Origin: an uncultured Spirochaetota bacterium
Lineage (GTDB): Bacteria > Spirochaetota > Spirochaetia > SZUA-6 > CAVTHK01
Reading direction: 5' to 3'
Length of the DNA: 64,000 nucleotides
Assembly: GCA_963734495.1 (NCBI GenBank)
Contig: CAVTHK010000015.1
Location: 75,370-139,369, forward strand
Position numbers and translations under genes: made by a program. The notes under the pieces were generated by a model, which was not told the origin of the DNA, did not search any database, and worked only from the letters and a program-made list of their open reading frames with translations. Shown piece by piece: positions 1-10,357 of this stretch; the first letter of the stretch is position 1; every line of letters begins with the position of its first letter.

Positions 1-1344
1 GCTCGCGGTAGCGCTCGACGAGCCCTTCCAGGAAGCCGATGGCGGTCTTCGTGAGGGACTTGAGCTTGGCCTCGCACTCCTTGATCTTGCGGACGATGTC
101 GTCGATCTCGCCCTCGGTCCGCTCCAGGTCGTAGGCCGATATGCGACGGATGCGGAGCTCGAGGAGCTTCTTGATGTCGTCGTCCGTGAGCGCCCGCACG
201 AAGAGCTTCTTGAACGCCTCGAGCCCGGTGCGCACGGTCTTGGTGATGCCGGCCTCGGTCTTGACGGTCTCGATGCGTTTGTAGATCCGGTTCTCGATGA
301 AGATCTGCTCGAGCGTGAGCCAGTGGCGCCGGTCCTCCAGCAGTCCCAGCTCGTGCTCCAGCTCCATCTTGATCACCCGCTTGAGGTGGGCCGAGAACTC
401 CGAGAGGAACTGCGAGACGGTGAGCTCTACCGGGACGGTTGTCCTGGATCACGACGATATTGGATGCGACGCTCACCTCGCAGTCGGTGTAGGCGTAGAG
501 CTGCGGCAGCACGTCTTCGGCCGAGACTCCGCGCGAGGGCGTGAGCTCGATCTCCACCTTCTCCGTGGTGAAGTCGTCGATGCTCGAGACGGCGACCTTG
601 CCGCGCTGGACCGCGATTCGATCGAGGCGATGAGGCTCGCCGTGGTGGTCGAGAAGGGCACGTCGCGGATCACCAGCCGCTTGGGGCCGTCGATGTCGAT
701 GCGCGCGCGCACCCTCACCTTTCCAGCGCCGTCCTGGTATTCGGCGACGTCCATGATTCCGCCCTGCTGAAAGTCGGGGAAGAGGTGGACTTTCTGCCCG
801 CGGAGCATGGCCGCGACTCCTTCGAGCAGCTCGATAAAGTTGTGGGGAAGGATGCGGGTCGCGAGGCCGACGGCGATGCCTTCGGCTCCCATCATGAGGA
901 GCGCGGGCACCTTGGCCGGGAGGAGGAACGGCTCGTTCCTGCGGCCGTCGTAGCTGGGCACGAACTCGGTGATCGCCGGGTTGAAGAGCGTGTCGAGGGC
1001 GAGCTGCGTGAGGCGGCATTCGATGTAGCGGCGGCCGCGGCCGCATTGTGGCCAGTGAGCACGTTGCCGAAGTTGCCCTGCCGCTCGATAAAGTAGTCCT
1101 TGTTGGCGACGACCACGAGCGCGTCTCCGATCGAGACCTCGCCGTGGGGATGGAGCTTCATCGTCTCGCCGATGACGTTGGCGACCTTGTGGAAGCGTCC
1201 GTCGTGCATCTCGCGGAGGGTGTGAAGGATGCGCCGCTGGACGGGCTTGCATCCGTCGACCAGCTCGGGGATCGCCCGGTCGATGATGACGTAGCTCGCG
1301 TATTCGAGGAAATTGCTCTCCATCAGGGGCCGAAGCTGGCTCAC
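1..1344 (-). CDS. parC: DNA topoisomerase IV subunit A (5' part; runs off window; split by indels)
   Basis: FLEYASYVIIDRAIPELVDGCKPVQRRIL, HPHG, QGNFGN, AAA-RYIECRL (catalytic Tyr), GIAVGLATRILPHNFIEL across ORFs 892..1344 and 473..1348; follows parE. Confidence 0.9.
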
Positions 1345-1462
1345 TCACTCACCTCGCTTGCCTTGGCGCGCCTGCCGTGCCGGCGTCCGGCCGGGCGCGG
1401 GCGCCGGGGGCGATGCGCCGGGCGTAACGCCCCGTCAGGGCACACGGCGGACCGCGCCGGGC

Positions 1463-3275
1463 CTAGATCACGTCCACCTTCAGGTTGTTGACGATGAATT
1501 TCCTGCGCGCCGGGGTGTTCTTGCCCATCACGAACTCCAGTGTCTTGCGGACCGCGCTCAGTGACTGGACATCGACCGGGACGAGCCTCGCGCCGTCCGA
1601 GATGAACTGCTTGAACTCCTGCGGGCTGATCTCGCCGAGCCCCTTGAAGCGGGTGATCTCCGCGCCGGCGATCTCCTTGGTCGCCCGGTCGCGCTCGGCT
1701 TCGCTGTAGCAGTAGACCGTGCGCTTACGGTCGCGGACGCGGAACAGGGGCGTCTCGAGGATGTATACGTGCCCCGTGAGGACCAGCTCCTCGAAGTACC
1801 TCAGGAAGAAGGTGAGCAGGAGGTTGCGGATGTGCATGCCGTCGACGTCGGCATCGGTTGCGATGATGACCTTGTTGTAGCGCAGGCCGTCCGATGTCGT
1901 TCTCGATGCCCAGCGCCCTCATGACGTTGTACAGCTCCTCGTTCTTGTACACCGCGTCCTGGCCGAGCCCGAAGGTGTTCGGCGGCTTGCCCCGCAGCGA
2001 GAAGACCGCCTGAGTGTTGACGTCGCGCGCCTGGATGAGGTTCCCGCCCGCGGAGTCGCCCTCGGCGAGAAAGATGCTCGACTGCTCCCGCCGGCGCTCC
2101 TTGGTGTCGTAGTGGATCTTGCAGTCGGTGAGCTTGGGGATGCGGATGGCGACCTTGCGCGCCCGCTCGCGGGCCTCCTTTTTGAGGGTGGCGAGCTCCT
2201 TGCGGACGCGCTCGTTCGTGCGCACCTTCTCGACGAGCGCCTTGGCCTCGACCGGGTACTTGTGCAGCCACAGCATGAGCTGGTTGCGCACCTCGTTGAC
2301 GATCCAGGTCCGCACCTCGGTCGAGCCGAGCTTGTTCTTGGTCTGGCTCTCGAAGACGGGGTCCTTGAGCTTGACCGCGATGGCGCCGACGAGCCCCTCG
2401 CGCACGTCCTCGCCGCTGAAGGAGTTGCCCGCGAACTCGTTGACGCCCCGCAGGACGCCCTCGCGGAAGGCGCTCTGGTGCGTGCCGCCGTCGATGGTGT
2501 ACTGGCCGTTGACGAAGCTGTAGTAGGCCTCGCCGTAGTTCGTCGTGTGGGTAAAGGCGAACTCGAGGTGCTTGTCCTTGAAGTAGATGGTCCGGTAGAT
2601 CGTGGGCTCGCTTGCCGATCTCCTCGGCGAGCAGGTCCTGGAGCCCGTCCTTGCTGGCAAAGGTCTTGCCGTTGTAGACGATCGAGAGGCCGCTGTTGAG
2701 GTACGCGTAGTACCGCAGCCGGCGCTCGACGTACTCGTCGTTCCAGGCGTAGTCCTTGAAGATGGTGGCGTCGGGAACGAAGCGGACCAGCGTTCCGTCC
2801 CTGCTCTTGCCCTTGCCCGCCTTCTGCTGCTTGAGCTGCCCCGTTCGAAGCGGGCAAAGACGTACTTGCCCTCCCGGAAGCTGGTCACCTCGAACTCGGA
2901 GCTCAGGGCGTTGACCGCCTTGGTGCCGACGCCGTTCAGGCCCACCGAGAACTGGAAGACGTCGTCGGAGAACTTGCCGCCGGTGTTGATCTTGCTGACG
3001 CAGTCGATGACCTTGCCCAGCGGGATGCCGCGGCCGTAGTCGCGGACCGTGACCGCGGGCCCCTCGCGGCGAATCTCGATCTTGCGGCCGGCGCCGACTA
3101 TGAACTCGTCGACGCTGTTGTCGACGACCTCCTTGAGGAGGACGTAGATGCCGTCCTGCGGGTGGCTGCCGTCGCCGAGCCTGCCGACGTACATGCCCGT
3201 GCGCAGCCGGATGTGCGCGAGGGCGTCGAGGGTCTTGATCGCCTTCTCGTCGTAGACGACTTTCGTATCCGCCAT
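1463..3275 (-). CDS. parE: DNA topoisomerase IV subunit B (split by indels)
   Basis: [34 protein letters not shown] (GHKL ATPase), FESQTK, EGDSAGG and LRGK (Toprim), [13 protein letters not shown] at 3275. Confidence 0.92.
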
Positions 3276-3287
3276 AGCGTGTATCGC

Positions 3288-3316
3288 ATTATCTGGAAAT
3301 GACCTGCGAGGGTCAA
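3288..3316 (-). promoter_or_regulatory. Sigma-70-type promoter of parE-parC
   Basis: Minus strand TTGACC-N17-GATAAT, 12 nt upstream of parE ATG, no SD visible. Confidence 0.55.
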
Positions 3317-3319
3317 GAA

Positions 3320-4075
3320 CGAAGGGGGTCCCGCGGCTGCGGGTGCGCCGCGGCCAGAGAACAGGAGGCGTTGGGACGTGCGCATCATGTCCTGCCAGTG
3401 CGACCCCCGCCAGTAGGTGCGCAGGCATCCGGGACACCGGCGGAAGACAGCGTGGGAGGATCGGACCGCCGGCGCCACGGTGTTCGGGGGCTCGGCCAGC
3501 GGCTCGAGCGGCGCGTTGCAGCGCAGGCAGCGCGAGAGCGGGTGCGCAGCGGCCGCGAGATCGAAGCGGCGCAGCACCTCGACCGCCTGCTCCTCAGGCC
3601 GCAGCGACCGCACGCAGTAGCCGCGGGTGACGAGCCGGCGCTTGAGCAGCCCGCGATCGCGCGTCAGCAGGACGCGGCCCTCACGCGGCGCGCGGGCCGC
3701 GAGCTCGGCGTCGTCGGCGCGGCGGCCGTATTCGCTGTCGAACCCGAGCATGCGCAGGAGCCGCGCCAGGGCGCCGAGATGCGCGTCGAGCAGGAATCCG
3801 AAGCGGCGCAGCGGCTCGGGCCGCACCTGCGTGACCGTGGAGATGTCGAGGCTCTCGAAGACGGGGTAGACGCTGACACGGTCGCCGGCGGCGATCTCGT
3901 GATCGAGCCCCACGGATGTGCCGTTGACGAGAACGAGGTCCACTTCCGTGTGGGGGACGCCGAGGTCCTGGATCAGCGCGAAGACGGTGCACGGAGCGCG
4001 GCGGATCTCGATCGTCCTGGACCGCACGGCGGCCGGTAGGAAGTCGTTGAGCTCCTGGTAGAAGCGGACGGTCAC
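3320..4075 (-). CDS. Mut7-C ubiquitin-like plus PIN-type RNase domain protein (3' end uncertain)
   Basis: RFYQELNDFLP, LGVPHTEVDLVLVNG, VSVYPVFE, LLDAHLGALARLLRMLGFD, LLTRDRGL, RCLRCN, CPGC..YWRGSH; ORF 3098..4189 lacks the expected stop. Confidence 0.85.
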
Positions 4076-4099
4076 CGTGGATTTCGCCGGATCTTCCGG

Positions 4100-4130
4100 A
4101 AAAGCAGAGGCCCCCGGATCGGGGGCCTCT
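4100..4130 (-). terminator. Intrinsic terminator after tRNA-fMet
   Basis: Minus strand AGAGGCCCCC-gatcc-GGGGGCCTCT followed by GCTTTT. Confidence 0.75.
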
Positions 4131-4131
4131 C

Positions 4132-4204
4132 TAGCAGGGGCAGGATTTGAACCTGCGACCTCCGGGTTATGAGCCCGACGAGCTGCCAACTGCTCTACCC
4201 TGCG
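4132..4204 (-). tRNA. tRNA-fMet (CAT), CCA not encoded
   Basis: CGCAGGGTAGAGCAGTTGGCAGCTCGTCGGGCT-CAT-AACCCGGAGGTCGCAGGTTCAAATCCTGCCCCTGCTA; C1:U72 mismatch and three G-C anticodon-stem pairs mark an initiator tRNA. Confidence 0.96.
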
Positions 4205-4216
4205 TCGACGCCTGTA

Positions 4217-4245
4217 AATGTAGTGGATGTCGCCGCCGCTGTCAA
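4217..4245 (-). promoter_or_regulatory. Sigma-70 promoter of tRNA-fMet
   Basis: Minus strand TTGACA-N17-TACATT. Confidence 0.7.
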
Positions 4246-4264
4246 GGTCACCGTCCGGCCGTAA

Positions 4265-5125
4265 TCAATGCGCGTTCTGGCCGCCAGCTTCGCCCGACGC
4301 TGCCGGCGCCGCGGGCGCGGCAGCCACGCCGAACACCCAGTCGCTTGCCTGCTTTATGATGCGGGACAGGACCAGCACCTCCATGTTCTCCCTGGCCCCT
4401 TCGACCCGCCGGTTCCACGCCTTCTGGGAATGGCGCTTGCGGAACTCGCGGGCCTTGACCTCGACCGCCTGGCGCTCGCGCTCCTCGCCTCGCGCGAGAG
4501 AGTCGAGCATGTAGAGCGAGAGCAGGAAGAGCACGGGGTCGCGGCCGTCTGCAAGCAAGGCCTCGAACTCCTTGCGGGCCGCCTCGACTTCGCGCAGCTG
4601 CACGAGGCTGAAGGCGTGATTCCAGCTCACCCAGCCCCGGTCCCGTGGCCGCGCGGCCGCGAGCACCCGCCCGAAGTATCGCTCGGAATCGGCGGGCCGG
4701 TTGAGCAGCAGATACGGGATGCCGAACGGGATCGCAAAGGTGTTCGTCAGCGCCGGCCTGCGCTCGGAAAGATGCCCGTGCAGCCGGACGATCTCTTCCA
4801 TGCGCGAGGCCACGAGGTACGCATTGATGAGGATCTTGACGTGACGGCGGGTGATCCGGCCCTTGCCGTAGACCTCCTGCTCCAGGTGGGCGATCAGGCC
4901 GGTCCAGTCCTCGCGCTCCAGCAGCTCGAACAGCTTCCAGCTGCGGACGAAATAGACGTTGAAGCCTGTCAGCGCGACGACGAAAAGCGCCCCGGAAGCC
5001 CAGTTCCGCACCAGGAACTCGCCGAAGTGCTCGCGGCCCAGCAGGAGCAGGGGCATGAAGAAGATGAAGAGAAACGAGACGATGATGACGATGTTGAATA
5101 TGAGGTAGATCGTTTTAAAGCGCAT
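4265..5125 (-). CDS. Hypothetical membrane protein (two N-terminal TM helices, helical C-terminus)
   Basis: Intact 286-aa ORF MRFKTIYLIFNIVIIVSFLFIFFMPLLLLG with protein-like composition. Confidence 0.75.
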   Translation of the reverse strand: MRFKTIYLIFNIVIIVSFLFIFFMPLLLLGREHFGEFLVRNWASGALFVVALTGFNVYFVRSWKLFELLEREDWTGLIAHLEQEVYGKGRITRRHVKILINAYLVASRMEEIVRLHGHLSERRPALTNTFAIPFGIPYLLLNRPADSERYFGRVLAAARPRDRGWVSWNHAFSLVQLREVEAARKEFEALLADGRDPVLFLLSLYMLDSLARGEERERQAVEVKAREFRKRHSQKAWNRRVEGARENMEVLVLSRIIKQASDWVFGVAAAPAAPAASGEAGGQNAH

Positions 5126-5195
5126 CGATTTGCTCTATAATGAATCGAAACGAACGGCGGCGGCAGTGTAAGCCGTGAGAAGGTCCGAGGTCAAC

Positions 5196-6349
5196 ATGAA
5201 GAGAGTGGCGGTCAACGATCTCAAGGTGAACACCTACTTCGACGCGCCGCTGTATCTCGAAGACGAAGAATACCTCATCCTTTCGCCCGACATCCCGGTG
5301 ACGCTCGAGCTGATCAACCGCCTCAAGGCCTGGAACTACCGTGAAGTCCTCACCGAAGGGTCCGCCGCCGGAGGGCCTCAGAACCCGGCGTCGGAGCTCC
5401 CGGCCGTGGCCGCCACGGGCGGGGAGGAGTCGCTCGAGGAGAGGGAAGGCCGCGGCCGCGCCGCCGCCTTTTTCACCCAGCTCGTCAAGCAGACCGAGGC
5501 GATCTACAGCCGGCTCATCGAAGGCAACACGCTCGACGGCAAGGCGGCCGCCGACCGCGTCAAGGAGATCGCGGACATGGGCCGGGACAACCACGACCAG
5601 CTCCTGGCCTGTCTCGCCGCGCCGCCGGCGCCGGCGGGCGGCAGCTACCTGGCGGGCCAGTGCGCCGGGACCGCGGTTCTCGCGCTGGCGCTCGGCGTCT
5701 ATCTCAAGCTGCCTTCACACCGCCTGATCGAGCTCGGGACCGCGGCGCTCCTGCACAAAGTCGGCATGGCGAAGCTGCCCATCGTCGTTCTACCTGAGCG
5801 CAAAGGTCTTCGGCGACAAGGAGCGAAAGGCGCTGTCCGCTCACCCTATCGCGGCCTACCGGCTGCTCAAAGGGCTCTCCGTCAACGAGAACATCGCGCG
5901 GGCGGTGGTGGAGCACCAGGAACGGTACGACGGCAGCGGTTATCCCCGCGGGCTCAAAGGCGACGCGATTTCCGCCTACTCCAGGATCATGTCGGTGGCG
6001 AATTCGTACGTCGCCATGACGTCAGTCGCGCCCCTATCGCCAGGCGATCGACGGGCACAACGCCATCACCGAGCTGCTGCGGACGAGCCGCGCCGCTTAC
6101 GATGAGCAGGTCCTCAAGGCCCTGGTTTACACGCTTTCGGTCTACCCCATCGGGATGCACGTGCTGCTCAACAACGGCGTCCGGGGTATCGTGTACCGCG
6201 TCAACCCGGACGACGCGCGGTGCCCGATCGTCAAGCCCCTGACGGACCCCGAAGGGAAAGTCGATCGCCGACGCGCCGCTCATCAAGACCTCGACCGAGA
6301 AGCAGATCCTGATCACCCGCGCGCTGCAGCCCGCGGAGATGGCGCCTGA
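5196..6349 (+). CDS. HD-GYP domain protein with degenerate metal ligands (split by indels; 3' end uncertain)
   Basis: AALLHKVGM, EHQERYDGSGYPRGLKGDAISAYSRIMSVANSY, RPYR, VYPIG; TATAAT at 5136-5141 upstream. Confidence 0.85.
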
Positions 6350-8018
6350 GGATATCCCGATGGTGACCGTTCTCTTCCCCTCCGGCGCCAGCCGCACCTA
6401 CCCCAGCGGCATCTTCACCGCCGACGTGCTCGCCGATTCCGAGCTCGCTTCCGAGATAGACCGCATCATCGCGGTCAGGGTGAACAACGAGGTCGTCAGC
6501 CTGACCTACAGGGTGTCCGTCAACTGCCGGATGGAGCCGGTCACGCTCACCTCGCCCGACGGCACGGAGATCTACCGCAGGACCCTGACGTTCGTCTTCC
6601 AGATGGCCGCCCGGGAGATCCTGCCAGGCTGCCGCCTCGCGATCGGCCTCTCCATCGGGCACGGATACTTTCCACTACCGCGACGACGGCGTGCGGTTGA
6701 GCGCCGACGACTGCCGGCGGCTGGACGCGAAGATGCGGACGTTCGTCCGCGAGCGCCTCGAGATCAGGCAGGGAGGCGCTTTCGTACGAGGATGCGATCG
6801 CGACCTTCGACGCAGCGGACGTGCCCCGGACCGCGCTGCTGCTGCGGTACGACAATCGCTCGCGAATCCCCGTGGACCGGTGCGGGGCCTTTGTCGCGCT
6901 GTCCCACGGGCCGCTGACGCCGCACACAGGGTTCCTGGAGGCGTTCGAGGTGCGCCCCTACTCCGACGGGCCTGCTCCTGCGCTTCCCCTCGAGCGGACA
7001 GCCCCGCTCGATCCCGCAGTTCCGGGACGATCCCATGCTCTTCGAGATCTACAGCGAGCACAAGACCTGGGAGCGCGTGCTCACGATGAACTGCGTCGGC
7101 CGGCTCAACGAGGTGATCGACCGCGGCAGGATTCGCGACGTGATCCACGTCGCCGAGGCGCTGCAGAACAAGAAGATCGCGCGGATCGCGGACGCCGTCT
7201 GCGAGAACGCGGCCATCAGGCTCGTGCTGATCGCCGGCCCGTCGTCGTCGGGCAAGACGACGCTCGCCAAGAAGCTCTCGATCGAGCTGCAGGCCATGGG
7301 CCGGGACCCGGTTCCGCTGTCGGTCGACGACTACTTCCTCCCGCGGGACCGCACGCCCGTCGGACTCGCAGGGCAAGCCGGACTTCGAGGCTCTGGAGGC
7401 CGTCGACGTCGAGCTGCTCAACGCGCACCTGGAGCGGCTGCTCAAGGGGGAACCGGTCGACGCTGCCCCGCTACGACTTCGTGTCGGGGACCCGCGCCGA
7501 AACCGGCGCGGAGCTGCGCCTTGAGCGAGCAGGCCGTGCTCATCGTCGAAGGCATCCACGCGCTGAACGACCGGCTCACCCCCGTGGTCCCGCGCGCCGG
7601 CAAGTTCAAGATCTACGTTTCGGCGATCACGCAGCTCGCGCTCGACAACTACACGAGGATCCCGACGACCGACAACCGGCTGGTCCGCAGGCTGGTGCGC
7701 GACTCCAACTACCGCGGCCACTCCGCCTTGCAGACGCTGCGGATGTGGCCGTCGGTCAGGAGAGGCGAGGACCGCAACATCTTCCCCTACCAGAACACCG
7801 CCGATGCGGTGTTCAATTCGGCGCTGGTGTACGAGCTGGCGGTCCTCAAGGTGAACGCGGAGCCGCTCCTGCGCACCGTAAAGCCTGATGTCCGCGAGTA
7901 CTCCGACGCGCGAAGGATCCTGTACCTGCTGAGCCACTTCTCGTCGATCACGCCGACGTGGGTCCCTTCGCAGTCGATCCTGCGCGAGTTCGTCGGCGGC
8001 AGCGAGTTCCACTATTAG
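6339..8018 (+). CDS. Uridine/nucleoside kinase family protein with ThrRS-like N-terminal domain (split by indels)
   Basis: AVRVNNEVVSL, IYRRTLTF, P-loop IAGPSSSGKTT, SVDDYF, EGIHALN, DNRLVRRLVRD, MWPSVRRGEDRNIFPYQ, SILREFVGGS. Confidence 0.88.
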
Positions 8019-8037
8019 GCCGGGCGCGGTCCGCCCC

Positions 8038-8376
8038 TCAGCGGGTGTCGCCGCCCGCGCGCTGGGCGAGGCCCCGCGCGCGGGGCGCGCGAAACCACTG
8101 CACGTAGCCGCACGAGTCGGGGAGCCACCGCGAGAAACGCGCGTGAACGTAGCGCAGCTTCCGGCATTCGCGGCAGACCTGGAAGCGCTTGTCGTAGACG
8201 CGGCATAGCCGGGTGCGCAGATCGAGGTAGCGGCAGGGGGAGTCCATGCGGACGTACACGCGCCCGCGACGGATCTCTTTCTCGTAGCAGCAGAGTCCGC
8301 ACCTGTGGCAGAGGCTCTCCCACCATTTCCGGTGGCCGGCTATGGCATCCCTGAGCCTGCGGAACAACGTAACCAT
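8038..8376 (-). CDS. YcgN/YkgJ-like cysteine-cluster (CxxCxxCC) protein
   Basis: WESLCHRCGLCCYEK, PCRYLD..RLCRVYDKRF..C..C, WLPDSCGY; start could be 8388. Confidence 0.8.
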   Translation of the reverse strand: MVTLFRRLRDAIAGHRKWWESLCHRCGLCCYEKEIRRGRVYVRMDSPCRYLDLRTRLCRVYDKRFQVCRECRKLRYVHARFSRWLPDSCGYVQWFRAPRARGLAQRAGGDTR

Positions 8377-8481
8377 AGACGGCTGCATCGTAGGACGAGC
8401 GCCGCCTCCGCTGCAAGCGGCCTCAGTCGGACGGCCCTTGACGCCTTTGACCGTCGACTGCGCGCTCTGCTATCATCAGCC

Positions 8482-9099
8482 GTGCGGCTCGATGCGGCCA
8501 TGGCGCTGTTGCTCGTGCTCGTCGCCGGCGTGACCTCGTGCCGGGCGTCCAGGACGCGTGCCGCGGCCGAGGCGGAGACGCAGCCCGCGAAGAGGGCGCC
8601 CGTGCAGCGGCCCGCGCCGCCGCCGACGCCCGCCGTCGCGCCGCCTGAATCGCCGTGGTTCCCTCCGCAGGACTGGTCCGAGCGCCGCGCGCCCGAGGAT
8701 TTCCGCATCGGCCCTCTCGAGACGGGGGGAAGCGAGGACGCTGCCTACCGGAAGCTGGAAACCGTCTGCGAAGGGCTGGTGAAGGGCCAGGTGGAGACCG
8801 GGTCGCTCGATCCATCGCGCGCCGCCGGCCTCAAGGACAGGCTTGCCGACCAGATCCAGCGCGGCGGCAGGCCGTCGGACTTCCGCATCGGGCGGCTGGC
8901 GGTGCTGCCTGACGGGTCGGCCCGGGCCCCGGTGAGGTTCTTCAGCCCTTCCGGGTCGGCGGAGGGGGAGGCGTACCTGACGCGGCGCGCCGACGGATGG
9001 TTCGTGACGGATATGCAGATCGATCTCTCCACGGCGAAGGCGGGCCCGCAGAGCCAGGAGCCTTTCCTGCCGTCGCCGTACAGGGAGACAACCGACTAA
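8482..9099 (+). CDS. Hypothetical lipoprotein with Pro-rich linker
   Basis: Hydrophobic stretch LLLVLVAGVTS-C (lipobox-like) then PAPPPTPAVAPP; promoter TTGACC-N18-TATCAT at 8447-8476; alternative ATG at 8500. Confidence 0.6.
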   Translation: MRLDAAMALLLVLVAGVTSCRASRTRAAAEAETQPAKRAPVQRPAPPPTPAVAPPESPWFPPQDWSERRAPEDFRIGPLETGGSEDAAYRKLETVCEGLVKGQVETGSLDPSRAAGLKDRLADQIQRGGRPSDFRIGRLAVLPDGSARAPVRFFSPSGSAEGEAYLTRRADGWFVTDMQIDLSTAKAGPQSQEPFLPSPYRETTD

Positions 9100-9108
9100 G
9101 GGCGCGGG

Positions 9109-10351
9109 ATGGGCGAACAGGTCAGCCGGATCGAGAAGGAGTTCGTGCTCAAGTCCCTCGCCGAGAAGAAGCTGCCGCTCTCGGTCCGCTGCGGCAAGGA
9201 CAGGGTCGAGGCCCGCGTCGACGAGGTCGGCGAAAAGTCGCTGGTCCTCGCGGCCCGTCCGGCCGCCGCCTGGCAGCCCGGCCAGACCGTGGAGGTCTTC
9301 TTCACTTTCCAGAACAACAATCACACATTCTCCGCCCCGATCACTCTGGTTGAGCCGGAGCGGATCAGCGTCGCCATGCCGGAGACCGTCTACAAGAGCC
9401 TCCAGCGGCAGTTCGACCGCGTCAGGAAGCCTCCGGGCTTCGACGTTTCGTTCCGGCTCGCGGGGGTGGGCTCGGTCGACCTGACGTTCCCGCTGAGCGG
9501 CGTGCAGGTCGAGGAGGCGCGGCCGGACGCGGCCTTCGACCCGGCCGCCATCAAGGACCTCGTGGACGAGTTCACGGCGCGGGCCCGCGCGGAGGCATCG
9601 GAGGGCCGCATCGTGATGATGCGGAACAGGGTGCCGGAAACCTACGAAGAGAAGATCATGCAGGCCACGGGCAAGGCCTTCTGGATACCGTCGACCGACG
9701 ACGATTTTCCCAGCCGCAATCCGCTCGCGGAGCCCAGGGTCCTGACGAAGCCGGATATCGTCAAGTACGAGAGGGAGTCGGGATCGGACGCCTCGATCAT
9801 CGTGAGCCGCATCGGGGACATCCTCTACCGCAAGAGGCGCGAGGGCATCGAGTCCGAGCTCTCGCTGGCCGCTGCTGCACGGCCGCTTCTTCGTCGGCTA
9901 TCTCCACCTCGTCACTCACGGGGGGAAGAAGACGATCGCCAGGCCGCTCCTCGAGTGGGTCGGGCAGTACGCGCGGATACTCAGCCACTCGCTCGAGCGC
10001 ACCGGCTACTTCAAGGGCGAGGGCCCGCAGGTGCGCCCCTACCAGGCCGAAGCCGTCGACCTGAGCGCCTCGGGCCTGCTGTTCGCGCACCCCGAGAAGA
10101 GCCTGTACAAGAAGCTGCTCGTCCACTCGGACATCCAGGTGTCCCTCAACGCGCGCAACCGCAGGATGACGGTGGGCGGACGCGTCGTGAGGAAGTTCAT
10201 CGACCGCGACCGGGTCTACATCGCGCTCAGGTTCCTCGAGATCGCTCCCGAGGACTTCAGATACCTGTACGAGACGCTGTACGGCCGGCCGTTCGACCCC
10301 GACACGGTGATCTCGGAAACCGCGTCGCTTCCCGGCTCGACCGCGGGATAG
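9109..10351 (+). CDS. YcgR/PilZ-family c-di-GMP-binding protein with an inserted domain (one indel near 9865)
   Basis: N-terminal beta domain, RQFDR (RxxxR), GAF-like PLLHGRFFVGYLHL, C-terminal VDLSASGLLF (DxSxxG), IALRFLEIAPEDFRYLYETLYG. Confidence 0.8.
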
Positions 10352-10357
10352 TCCTCC

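Noticed and set aside
4100-4204. tRNA genes as integration sites for an island
   Set aside because: No integrase, no duplicated tRNA 3' end, and flanks are housekeeping genes
6243-6360. HD-GYP C-terminus reading in frame into the nucleoside kinase
   Set aside because: A TGA sits at 6347-6349 in the neighbouring frame and the region is indel-rich; a fusion cannot be supported
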